Positions 13,913 to 27,010 of a stretch of DNA of 64,000 nucleotides are shown piece by piece. Position numbers and translations under genes: made by a program. Within the stretch, counting starts at the first letter, position 1. Each line of letters starts with the position of its first letter. The notes under the pieces were generated by a model. That model saw only the letters and a program-made list of their open reading frames with translations, searched no databases and was not told where the DNA came from. This DNA is from Saccostrea echinata (lineage: Eukaryota): assembly GCF_033153115.1 (NCBI RefSeq), contig NW_026889772.1:9858001-9922000 (forward strand), written 5' to 3'.

Positions 13913-14715
13913 GTATTTTCTCAAAATTTGTTTTACAAAAGGTACAGCATCATTAGACATTATAAAAATCTCCTTCAATTATTGGAACTCTTCAATAATA
14001 CAGAGAATAAAAAATAAAGTTCCAAACTACACTGCGTATGTCCTTAATTACTGTCTGCAACCTTGTTGCAAATATATGATATTAACAATTTTTCAACACA
14101 ACAAATAAAATGTTGTGTACAGTAAATGATGAACAGATGAATATAACCTTTTAAGCAATACACCCATTTACAATAAAAGTACACGTACCATTATTAAATG
14201 TATAAAAGGAATTTTTATCCAATTGAATTGGTAACAATTTCTGGAGGAATAAGCCAAAAATAAAGGAAGACATGAAAATTGACTTAATCATAATGTTTAA
14301 ATCTTTGATTTCTACTTGTAAGAGTAAAATAAAAGTTCGAATTTTTTAATTCTTTAAACTTAAACAATACATGTATCACTCAGTCATTATTGTATGCATA
14401 GAAAAAGAAAGAGCACACATAAATATCAATCACTAGTTCTACAGATGTAACAATAAACTTTTTCTGCTATCACTCATTCCCATCATAGCTTGGCACACTA
14501 AGACATGCAGAATAATACTTGTCCAAACAAATTGTGATTATTAAAAGAAACAAATGGTTCAAAATTTAACAAAGCATTCACTGTCATTCTTTATCAGTTT
14601 TCAAATAAGCACTTGATCACAATTAATTTCTCTCTCATCCATTTTTTGAAATTGAAGGAAAAAGTCGTAGGAAATGTTTGATGATGAAGGATCCCTCACA
14701 ATAACCTGTTGGTCA

Positions 14716-17700
14716 CTAGTCCTGTAAAGCAGAGAATTTGTTCCCCAGGGACAGGGACTGATGGGACTTGCTTGGGTCCTCCATAGTCTTCCCTCCTGAC
14801 TGCACTCGGTTAAAGGATGAGCCACTTAGCTCACTGAAAGAGAAATAGAGCAAAGGTCAAAAGAAGTATGTATTAAGCTTGATAATTATGTGGTACCTGT
14901 CCAATCTTTCATTTTATAATACTGATTTTGGAATATCAATCAGTTGCTAAAATCTATATCAGAAACCAGAATTCTGTTGAGACTATAGCTCTACTGGATA
15001 GTACATGTATCAAAGGAAAAGAAAAGAAGCACCTGGACTTGAAACTGGACAGACAGACAACAGACACTTTACCATCACATAAGCTCTTCTGGATTTCAAC
15101 CAGCAGAGCATAACAAGGATAAGAATATTTTAGCTTTCCCAATCAGGATAGCTAGATAGGGATGTAAAATCAAAGGAAGTGTACATCTGATAAAACAGCA
15201 CTGTTTGTTCTACCTGAGCTCTGCAGGTGTTGGTCCCCCTCCCAGAGTGGGGAAATCCTCCTCACTACTTAAATTGGGAGCCGCCTTTTTCCTCCTGGGG
15301 GTGGGTCTGACTGGTGAATCAGTAGAACTAGCACTCATAGCTCCTCCCCTCATTGATGGTGGGATGTATTTACCAGTCCGTGCTGGAGTTGTGTCAGATT
15401 TACTTTCCTCCACAGGTGGTGGAGCAGCTACAATACAATACAATACAACTCTGTGTTATACATATACGTGATACCTCTGGTGAGAGATAAAATCTCCCTA
15501 TATTTCAACCCCTTTTCAATTTTTTGTTGCCTCAAGATGCAACTGAAGATTCTAATGCTCAAGATACATGTATGCTAAGGATGAAAGTTGTAATAAGATA
15601 TCATTACAGGTCAGCTTTGGAGTGATGTTGAGACCATATTCTATGCCCTGGATAATGGAGATATAAGTTGATTTTCCAGAACATTTAAGTCCATTGTAAA
15701 TCGACACAACATAGGCTTACTGAATTGTTGGCTCAGGGAGTCCATTAATAATGCTTCTCCATGCGCTATCAGTGACTTAAACAAATTACACTGCAATTGT
15801 TTCAGTTTACTAGAACCACAGACACATTTCTTATTACCTGCAGCCTGGGGTGCTGGTTGTTGTTGAGTTGTCTGCCCCTGACTCACATTCCATGGGCCCT
15901 GGGCACCTTCTCTCCTCTCTCCATTTTCATCGCACTCCTCATCGTTTTCATTCTCATTGCCTTCGTCCTCTTGATCTGATTTATCCTTACTATAATGGGA
16001 GTAAACATAATCTTTTGTAATTGTGATGGAATAAAATTTACCATATGTATTTAATGCACGTTTATGTTTCTTACTTTAAATGATTTTCATAAAAAAATTT
16101 AATCCAAGTTTACCTTTATTCATTGGGTTGTATGTATGTTTAATAAGTACTGCATTTGAAATGTAAGTGACAAATCTACTCACTTGATCTGGAGGTTCTG
16201 AATTCTCAGCCCCGTGTAGTCTTTCTCTGTTTCTTGTTCAAAATCAACCCATTCATCATCTTCCTGAAAAGACATAAAAAAATCACATCAAATCATGCAT
16301 ACCATCAAGTACCTGTATAGTAAATCTCTCTATAGATATTATGGGGATTCGGCAGATGGTTAATTACTGATTAATGAACTTTATAATGTTTAATATTAAA
16401 CTGGAAATATGTCCATAGAACATAATGGCCCCACCTAGGGTATAAATGCAACATGTTAATTAGTATTAGACTAGTATATGAAGTTTGATGAAAATATCTC
16501 AAATAATTTCTTTAAAACTAATTTTTTTTTACAAAATAAATAGTAAAGTCAATGGTCACTGGGAAGATCAAAGTAAAAAAAAATGGACACAAGGTATCAG
16601 TGAACAACTTTACATAAAAAATATCTTGAATAGTTTCTTTGAAACTACGCTAAATGCAAATTTCAGAAAAGTGAGGTCAAGGTCAAAGGAAAGGTCAAGG
16701 TTGAAGCAGTTGCATAGCTCTCATCAATATCTATTAGCATATGAAGTTTAATAAAAATATCTTGGATAGTTTCTTTGAAACTGAGCTTTGAACAGAGCTA
16801 AACACAAAGTGTGACGGAAGGACAGACGGAAGACAGACATGACAAACACTATATGCGGGGCATAAAAATACTGATGCACTTGAATAGCTCTTTCATCAAT
16901 ATGTATCAGCATATGAAGTTTGATGAAAATATCTTGAACAGTTTCTTTGAAACTGAGCTAAATGCAAAGTGTGACAGAAGGACAGAGAGAAGGATGGGAT
17001 GAAAGGACAGAAGGATGGAGGGACAGAAGACGGAAATGACAAACTGGGATAGAAATTAATTTTTTTTTACCACAGGCAAATTTTAGCCTGTACATATAAA
17101 ATCTACAGACTAAAATAAAGATCTATAAGCTTAAATTAAAAGAATGCTTAAATGCCTTTTCATGCTTTATTTTAATCAATAATAATACAGAGCCTACTAT
17201 AGTGGGTCAGTACAGAATTAACTTTAGTGTTTGTCAGGGCCATATGGTGCAATGTTGGGTCTCTTGACCCTCATTCCATAATAAAACACCAAATTGTAGT
17301 GTCTTTTTGTACCCGATGGGAATTTGGAATTCTTGCTCCCATTTCTTAATTAAGTTTTACTTTTTCTTTGAAACATTATCTGAATGCGTAGGCGTATTGT
17401 TATTTTCATTAATGTGATCTGATGTTGGATCATCAATGTTTTTAATCAACTTGTTTTTGTGACCTTTTTGTTCAAAATTTATAATCAACTCGTTTTTGTG
17501 ACCTGTAAAGCATTTGTTTGAATATGATTTTCTAAATGAATATAATAAAAAAAGGATAGAAATGGCTGCTCTAATTAGCCTCCTATCTAAGCTTTTGCAT
17601 GACTCTATTTAAATAAAGTTTCAAAAAAGCAAATTACAGATTACCGAGAAAAGAAAACAGATAAGAGACAATCAAGGTCGAGAATCACCATACACTAAAA

Positions 17701-20622
17701 AAATTTCAAGTGTCTACTAACATGACTAATTTTACTTGCCCTTTTTAAAATCCTGTTAATTTCGATCCCCGGACAAACACTATATGCCCCGGCCATATTC
17801 ATGGCATGCATAAAAATGTTGATCAAGCTGGATAGCTCTTACAAACATGTATCAGCATATAAGGTTTCATAAAGATGTTTTGAATAATTTTTTTTAAACT
17901 GACCTCAACACAATTTTAAAAAGTAAGTTCAAGGTCAAAGGAAAGGTCTAAGTCAAAAAAATGATTAAATTGAATAGCTCTCACCAAAAGTATCAGCATA
18001 TAACTTTCGATAAAAACATCTGGAGTAGTTTCTTTGTAACTGGGCTAATTAAAAGACAATTTTTTGAAAAGGTTAAGGTCAAAGCAAAGGTCAAGGTCAA
18101 AAAATGCTGAGACAGTTGAATATTTTTCATCAATATGTATCAGCATATGAAGTTTGATAAAAATATTTCAAATAGTTTTTTGAAAACTGAGCTAAATGCA
18201 AAATGTGATGGAATAACAGACAAGGATAGAAGGATGGACATGACAAATGCAATATGCCTTGGCCATATTCATTGCAGGGCACAAATATATAATTTAAACT
18301 TTAAACAACGTTTATTCTGAAAACTCTTAAAATGAGCAAAATTAATACATCTGAGTGCCATTTTCATAAATTTGTACCAGGTACTTTGAAAATTTATCTG
18401 AGAACCAGGTGTTGCACAGTCCACAGGTTTGTTCTAGTCTTATCTTATTTTAAATTTTTTGTATCAGACTTTCATCACCCAGTATTCTATAAGAGGTTAG
18501 GACTGATATTGCTTGGATAACAGATACTAATAGATTCACATTTTTTTATTTAAGGATAGGTGCATTAATACATGTACTGTTCCTTGCACTTTTGTTTTTA
18601 CTTCCCATAAATTTATATGATGGAACCGTAACATTTATGGACATAGTCTTGTGAACTTGGAATTCAAAATTGTGATCATGATCATGTGATCATGAGAATG
18701 TTGGAAAAATGCTTGCATAAAGTAGAGTTCATTGACCCTTGTTCAGAGTACATGAAAACTGTGAAAGATCTGACACACAAAAATTTGTTTGACAGGAAGT
18801 ATACATTTATTAGTATTTATTGTTTGGAACAATAACTTTGAGATGTCCTACAAAATTTTCAGAAATCTACTTGTTACTTTGAACACTGTAAATATATGTC
18901 ACTGGGACAAATTCTATTGCTAAACTGTTGAATGATAAAATATTCTACTAACTCATCAATAGTACTTGAGAAGTTTGTTTTTCACAAGCAGAACAGTTCC
19001 GCTGGAATTTTATCATAATTTGGATATTACATATTTCTATCTACCAAAATACTCAGAACATGAAAAATAATCAGGGAAACAATATATTAAATAATTTGGA
19101 ATTATAATACAGAACTAGCTTGACTCAGGTCCAGCACAATACCCTGATAAAGGTATATAGCTTGATAAAGCTATATAGCTTTATCAAGGTATTACAAATA
19201 TTGATCAAGGTATTTCATGTAATGAAAATACAAAAAAAATCCTTAAAAAAAAAAAATACTGAAAGTCGAGTTCTGAGTTGTTGTCAGTAAATTCACTCAT
19301 GCATGTAAAGTACTCAAACACAAAGAAATCAGTATAAAATCATGTCATGTAAGGAGACATTCTTTTATGCTGTCTTTTTGATACCTGAGTACTTTTAATG
19401 CACAAGTGAACACACTGACCACAACTTATAATTCGACATTTAAATTTAATTTTTTCAGATTTTTTTGTATTTTCATTACATAAAATACCTTGATTAAGGT
19501 ATTTGTAATACCTTGATAAAGGTATATAGCTCTATCAAGCTATATACCTTTATCAGGGTATTGTGCTGGACCTGTTAACTGGGGTTTTACCAGGGATGGG
19601 GTAATTGAAAAAAGTAATTGTAACTAATTATATTTTTCAAAGTAATTGAAAGTAATTTGTAATTGACCATTTTTTCAATTACTTGTAACTGAATATAATT
19701 CAGTAAAACCGTTTTACTTGAAATGACAAACTTTAAATTTTTTTTTTTTTTTTGTAATGTTATGCACTGAAATTGTTCATTAATCGATTTCTTTCAGTAT
19801 CTAGGGAAGAACTGAATGTATGTTTGTTCATCCCAAATCGTGTTCAGCCTTAATGTAGTTCATCCTAATTCTTGTTCGCCCAGAGTCGGTTCGCTCTAAA
19901 ATTTTAAAGTCTGTTCATCTGACATAGTCAGCTAATTTTTATAATTTACTTTGATTTCATTGAATTTCGTGAATTTTTCTCTAAGAATTTGATTTATTAC
20001 AGAAATGACTTAAAATTCAACAGAAATACCGACATATTTACAACAGGGCAAATGGGATATGGTGAAAAGTATACAAGGCGAACAAGAATTAAGGCAAATG
20101 GACTCAAGTGAACAGGTAGATAGGGCGATACCTGAAGAACCAGTGACAGTGGACGGAATATTAATTACACCCACGAATCAATAAAAAGCTTGCGTCATGC
20201 TGTTCTATACTTCTAATTTTTTTTAGTTCATCATTATTGTAACCGGATAAGTCACTATCTAAGAGCAAAGATAATTTTCATATAACCATAAACAGCTCCG
20301 CAAAAAATTACCAAGTACCAACTGCTTTGTGTGTGTGTATACAACTGTATATGTTAATCTGAACACAGCATATGCAGGTGTTATACAACACCTGGACTGG
20401 CCAGACTCCTGTATTTACCGTCTTTTTCGTTTGACCCTCAGCTCCTGAAGCAGACGTTTGTGTAGGTTCGCCATCTTTCTTCTTCTTTTTCTTTTCTTTC
20501 TTGACAGAACCTAGCTCTTTTTCCTGCTGTGACAAAATGTCACCAGGGGTTATTTTTGATTTACTTTTCTTTTTACTTTTGTCCTTCTTCGCGAAAAAAT
20601 CGTCAAGACTTGACTCTGCCAT
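14716..20622 (-). CDS. CDV3: CDV3 homolog, 5 exons, 255 aa
   Basis: Exons 20622-20419, 16263-16184, 15989-15838, 15427-15214, 14833-14716. Motifs SLDDFFAKKDK, DEWVDFE..KDYTGLRIQ, GPWN, GKYIPP, EDFPTL and LGNKFSALQD are typical of CDV3. Confidence 0.9.
14962..15112 (+). mobile_element. Short internally deleted HINE/Helentron-like element (family of 45990-47031)
   Basis: 5' GAGACTATAGCTCTACTGG, GACA microsatellite and 3' hairpin AGCTCTTCTGG...CCAGCAGAGC match the ends of the 45990-47031 element. Confidence 0.6.
16401..17045 (+). mobile_element. HINE/Helentron-like non-autonomous element (family of 24051-25357)
   Basis: Shares the 5' GAAATATGTCCATAG, AAGGTCAAGGTCAA monomers, GACGGAAG microsatellite and GCGGGGCATAAAAA end with the 24 kb copy. 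Confidence 0.7.
17772..18283 (+). mobile_element. Degenerate HINE/Helentron-like element (same family as 24051-25357)
   Basis: Same monomers. The 3' terminus ATATGCCCCGGCCATATTCATGGC occurs twice, the second copy diverged. Confidence 0.65.
19126..19574. mobile_element. MITE with ~115 bp terminal inverted repeats
   Basis: CAGGTCCAGCACAATACCCTGATAAAGG...CCTTTATCAGGGTATTGTGCTGGACCTG; flanks TTGACT/TTAACT (possible 6-bp TSD, one mismatch). Confidence 0.8.
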
Positions 20623-21265
20623 AACTTGTACTAATTAAATTTATCAAGGTAAAAGTTTTACATATATGTTTAAACACTCCCAAAAGTTCTATTAAATCAC
20701 AAGAGTCTCCCTCCATATGATCATGCTGTCGTATCACGATGAGAATACCAATCCCGCAGCGAATGCAGAGAAGTGGGTAATTTTAGAATACCACAGGTAA
20801 TAACTTCCGGATTCTTAGAAAATTATTTCATCTCTGTTTTGACACATACAAAAAGATAATATTCATAATGTTGATGATATTAATATAAAAATATATTTAT
20901 TTATTTTAAATCCAAATACTATAAATACATGTATTTTGATCACCTTATGAGGTCTTGTCCCCTCCTCAATAATTTCAGACCAATTTGATATTTCTTTTAT
21001 TGAAAAATGCAAAGCAACATGTAAAAATCTAAAACCTCAAAATTTCCTTTCAAAAACTTAGGAAATTACTAAAAATTATTCATATTTATATCAAGACACA
21101 CATAAAATATTTAAAATATTCATCTCAAGAAAAGGTTTTATCATCATCTTTTTACATAAATTTTCTATATAAAAAAATCTGTAAATTAGTTTTTAGATAG
21201 TTTAAAAGTTATAATTTGTTTGAATATCTAATCTCAAAACATTAAAATTTACACAGCCCCTGTGC

Positions 21266-21296
<31 letters not shown>

Positions 21297-21864
21297 TTTA
21301 TATGCTTAAATTGGTCGATCGATTACAAGTAGAAGGATTTAAACTACCTACATTTTTTTTTTTGGTTTTACACAGTCAGCCTTCTCATTGACAATTAAGT
21401 TGATTATTTTTTCCTAAACTGAATTTTTCTCTGCAAAGGTCACATATAGCCCATTGATAATGATATCAGTGTAACTTACCAGTAATTGATGTGAACTCTT
21501 GAAAAAACTATATACATGTTACATTAATTCTTCCATCACTGTCATTGGGGATAATTTGTATAGAATATTGGGAGGGAGTGAAAATTATGTTTTTTTCATA
21601 TTCATCCTATTCATTTGAAACAATAAATCTGTAATGGATTATTCATTAAATCAAACAACTATCAAATTTCTACCTTTAATCATTTAAAACAAACAAAAAT
21701 CCCACTACTACATGTAAATTATATTATGTATTTTAATGCTGAATGCCAAATGCCACTTTAGGGGGAAAAAGCATCAGTAGAACTTAATTACCAAAGCTTA
21801 GAACATCAATTAAGTGGCATGAAAATAAGCAGAAAACCAATATACAAATAATAAGAAAAATCCA

Positions 21865-24800
21865 TTAATATCCCAATTTCAACAGCATAGGTGCCACAAG
21901 TGAGTGGGCTTTCTCTTTGCCCTGCAGAATTTCCACAATCTTCAGAGCAAATTCAAAAGTGGTTCCCGGCCCTCTACTGGTGATCAATTTGTCATCAGTC
22001 ACAACCCGGTCCTCGCTGTATTTGTAGCCACCTTTGGAGAGCAAAAAACACCAAAAAATTCAGTGAATAGTTTCATTAAATTATTAACATTCAAAGTTAT
22101 ATACATTAACACCCCCTCTCTCTCTCTCTCTCTCCCCCCCCCCCCCCCCCCCCCCGCCCCTTTTCCAAAAAAAAAAAAAAAAAAAAAAAGACTTCTCTCT
22201 CCTCAGTCAACTACTGGACCAGGGTAACCTTTCTAAGAAATAAATATGCAGAAAACTGAAACTTATTTACAGTAGCCACCAAGTTTTGCAAAAATTCAAC
22301 AATTTCAATAATGTTATAATGTATATGGAGGCACAAAGTCATCTAAGCTTAGTAAAAATGGTTGCCTTTCTGATGAAGAATGATTTCAAATTGAATAAGT
22401 TTTAATTTTCACTACAATTAGATTTACATATGTGAATCAATATGCCCTTCTGTTCTTGCAAAAAAGATTATTAAGGATTTTTCCCTCTATGCCAGTGAAA
22501 ATTTTGCTCACTTATAGTGGTCCACCCCAGCCCTGGGGGCCATAATTTGAAGAAGCTTGAATCTACACCAAATAAAGAAGCTTTCTAACACAAGATTTTT
22601 CTGGACACAACTAATAAACTTTTTCTTGCTGGAATGTTCTTGGGTCAAAGTCAATAATACCCTCAGGTGATATACAATATTTTTGAGAAGTATGAGCCTC
22701 TAATGTTCTCCAATTCAAGATATGGTCAGGACAAGAATTCAACATTTTTCTAAAGTGACATTGAGCTTAATCAAATGACATTGGGTCAAGGTCATGACAC
22801 ATTTTCCGGTCATAAGCAATCTTTCTATGAGGTTTGAACTTCCAATGTTTCTCTGTTAGTAAGTTGTAGAACCAGACACAAATTTTATACTTTCTCTGCC
22901 AGTGACCTTGAACTTGCCAGTAAGACCCTGCCTCAAGGTCAAGACACACCCTCAGGTCATAAACAATCTTTGTATGAGCTTCCATTAATTCTCTGGTGCA
23001 AAGTTATAGCCCAGACAGACTGCAAGGACAGTCAGACAGCTAGACAGATGGACGGACAGAGGTAGATGGACAAGGTGATTTCGAGATAGCCCCCCCCCCC
23101 CCCCCCCCCCCCCCCCGATGCAAAATCTTTCTTTTTCTTATCACATATTTAGCATAAATTATCCTCGTGCATAAATTCCTCATTTACAGTACACAGTTTA
23201 AAATAATATATAAGCAATTATATGTCTACCTTCCTCCATTTTTCCTTTGACTGATGGATGTGATGTTACTTTGGATCCTGGCTTTATTTTATGACTAACC
23301 AAAGCTATTGGTGCTGAAATATATTAAAATAAAAATTCACATTCAAGAGATACACTGAGTTAGAGTACTTGCATAAAATGTTTAAGTAATTCCAAGTACT
23401 TTTAAATAATTCACTACATTTTGCAAGTTAATAGCACTGATTTTTTTTCCTGAGATATAATTTTTTAAATTGTAACCTCCACACTGTAAGTAACTACACT
23501 CCCATATTTTTGTGTCTACAGGGATCAATATTAACAGTTGTCCAATTGCCTCAGGCAAGTAAATATTTCTCAAGAAACATATAATCTTTATCTTACAATA
23601 ATTTGTGAATGAAATAAATAATCAATTATTTATTTTTCCAGATCATCTCTTAGCAGCATTCTAAATAAATTGTACAGTTGATAATATGGTTTAATTGCTA
23701 TCCGTTTACTTTTATAATTATAGCCTAGTTTAATAAAAAGTTTGAAAAATTAAAAAATTTAAAAACTCCGTCTGATGACTTACATTCTTATTATGAAATC
23801 AGATATTTATATAATATAGATATTTATATAATATAGATATTTATATAATATAGATATTTATATAATATAGTTTATTTGCCTCCTTACAGAATATACATAA
23901 CACCAGTTATACTCAGCTTAGTATGACATATCCTGATCATGATAAGTATATTTGTAATAGCTGTCAAACTTCAGCATGGCTTTGCTGTCACCTCAAAGTA
24001 TGTAGGGGAGAAACCAAAATTAAAAGGTCCATATTGAAAATTGAAAAAAACTAGAAATATGTCCATAGGACATGAATGCCCCGCCGAGGGTATATTAGTA
24101 ATGCAACATTTTAACACAAATTGAGAAAAGTGAGGTCAAGGTCAAAGGAAAGGTAAAGGTCAAAAAACATTGATGCAGTTGAATAGCTCTCATCGGTATG
24201 TATCAGCATATGAAGTTTGACACTAATTTAAGAAAAGTGAGGTCAAGGTCAGAGGAAAGGTCAAGGTCAAAAAATGTTGATGCAGTTAAAAAGGTTACAT
24301 CAGTATGTATAAGCATATGAAGTTTGATGAAAATATTATGAATGGTTTCTTTAAAAATGAGCTAAACACTAATTTAAGAAAAGTGAGGTCAAGGTCAAAG
24401 AAAAGGTCAAGGTCAAAATATATTGATGCAGTTGAATAGCTCTTATTGGTATGTATCAGCATATGAAGTTTGACACTAATTTAAGAAAAGTGAGGTCAAG
24501 GTCAGAGGAAAGGTCAAGGTCAAAAAATGTTGATGCAGTTGAAAAGGTTACATCAGTATGTATCAACATATGAAGTTTGATTACACTATCTTGAATGTAT
24601 GTATCAGGATATGAAGTTTGTTAAAAATATCTTGAATGGTTTCATTAAAACTGAGCTTAACACTAATTTAAGGAAAGTGAGGTCAAGGTCAAAAGAAAGG
24701 TCAAGGTCAAAAAAATGTTGATGCAATTGAAAAGCATACATCAGTATGTATCAACATATGAAGTTTGATTACACTATCTTGAATGGTATCTTTAAAACTG

Positions 24801-26970
24801 AGCTAAACACCAATTTAAGAAAAGTGAGGTCAAGGTCAAAAGTAAGGTCAAGGTCAAAAAATGTTGATGCAGTTGAATAGCTTACATCAGTATGTATCAA
24901 CATATGAAGTTTGATTACACTTTCTTGAATGGTATCTTTAAAACTGAGCTAAACACTAATTTAAGAAAAGTGAGGTCAAGGTCAAAAGAAAGGTCAAGGT
25001 CAAAAAATGTTGATGCAGTTGAATAGCTTACATCAGTAGGTATCAACATATGAAGTTTCATTACACTATCTTGAATGGTATCTTTAAAACTGAGCTAAAC
25101 ACTAATTTAAGAAAAGTGAGGTCAAGGTCAAAGGAAAGGTCAAGGTCAAAAAATGTTGATGCAGTTGCATAGCCCTCATCAATATCTATCAGCATATGAA
25201 GTTTGATAAAAATATCTTGGATAGTTTCTTTGAAACTGAGCTTTGAACAGAGCTAAACGCAAAGTGTGACGGAAGGACAGACGGAAGGACAGAAGGACGG
25301 AAGACGGACATGACAAACACTATATGCCCCGGCCATATTCATGGCGGGGCATAAAAATGGAATTTTATTTAAAGGTTTACAGCTTTCGTGAACAAGGACA
25401 TTGGTATAGTGTGCCAAAAAATTTTTAATCTTTCACCAGCACATCAACATTTTGAACAGGCAAATCACATTACTGAATTAATATACAGTATTTAGTATTT
25501 GACAGTATGTTTATATTTTCTTCTCCTAAATATTTACATTAATAAATAATGTTTTCCTCTCTCTGAAGTTTGTGCAACCAAGCTTTTTATTTAAACAAAT
25601 CAAAGTTGAGTTCACTTGCCATTTGGGCAAGTGAATCTGAAAGTCAATGTTTACCTCTGGTAAAGACAATCTTGCAATACAGCATGTAAAGGTCTCTTAA
25701 ATAAGAAATGATTTACATATTCATATTCAACTCTGATTTAAGACCAGACTCAAGAACAAACTTAAGAGATCAACTGAGAAAAGAATCTTCTACCTGCACA
25801 AATTGCAGCAATTAACTTGTGGTTCTTCACTTGGGACTCTAGGAGACTTTTAACCTCAGATGACTGAAATAAAAAAAAAAGACAAAATAAATAATTTCCA
25901 GAATATTTTCCTTGTAATATTTCATAGGATACATGTAGCCCTACAGACTAAAAAAAAAAAAAAAAAAAAAAAGAGGATCATGGGCTACAGTGCTCACCTG
26001 AATCACCTTGGCCCTGCTGTTCTTCAGTACACTGACCTCACCCTATCCCTGGGGCCATGATTTCAACACTACCTGAAGATGTATGCATATTACTATGTCT
26101 AATCATACCATGTGTTCTTAACAAGATTTTTTCCTTGATTCTCTATTGTGGACCCATCCTACCCCTCAGAGATCAAAAACTTTAAACTACATGACTTGAC
26201 AATGTTTGCATATTTTATCACTAATCATGATGCTATTGTTCATGAAAAAAGACTTATCATATATTCCCATGTCAAACTTTGATACCCTATTGAGGCCCCA
26301 ACCTACCCCCAGTGATCATACTTTGAACAAGCTAGAATCTGCATAACCCCAATAAATATTACTAATCCTGGTCCTGCTATACTTGAAAAGAAGATTTTTA
26401 AACATACATTCCTATATATATTCCCATGTTAAAACTTTGATCCCATATAATGGCCCCATCTTACCAATGGGGGCCATGATTTGAAGAAACCTGAATCTGC
26501 GTTACCAAGGGATGCTTGAATATTAAAATTACTAATCATGGTCCTACTGTTCTATAGAGGAAGATTTAAAAACATTTTTCTTATATACATGTATTCTAAT
26601 GTAACACTTTGATCCCTATAAGTATTGTGAACCAATCCTATCCCCAGAGGCCATGATCTGAACAAATTGAATTTGCAGTTGCTGGGATGCTTGCATATTA
26701 GTCCATTAATCATGGTCTTTTTGTTCCTGAGAAGAAGATTTTAAAGAAAATTTCTATCTTCTCTATGTAAAACTTTGATCCCCAGGTTATGGCCCTACCT
26801 ACACCCAGAGAAAATTATTTGATCAAATATGAATCTACATTATGTCAGGAAACTTTCAAATAAGTTTCATCTTTTTTTGGCTCAGTGGTTCACCAGAAAA
26901 TTTTCTGACACCCTACATATTTTTTCCTTTCTTCATTATCTCCTCTTTTGAGAGGCCATGGCCCCTTTCT

Positions 26971-27010
<40 letters not shown>

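Noticed and set aside
19591-20175. Additional hAT-like start (CAGGGATGGGGTAATTG) and a degenerate TTCGCCC/GGGCGAA element
   Set aside because: Probably TE remnants, but I could not define the ends or TSDs.
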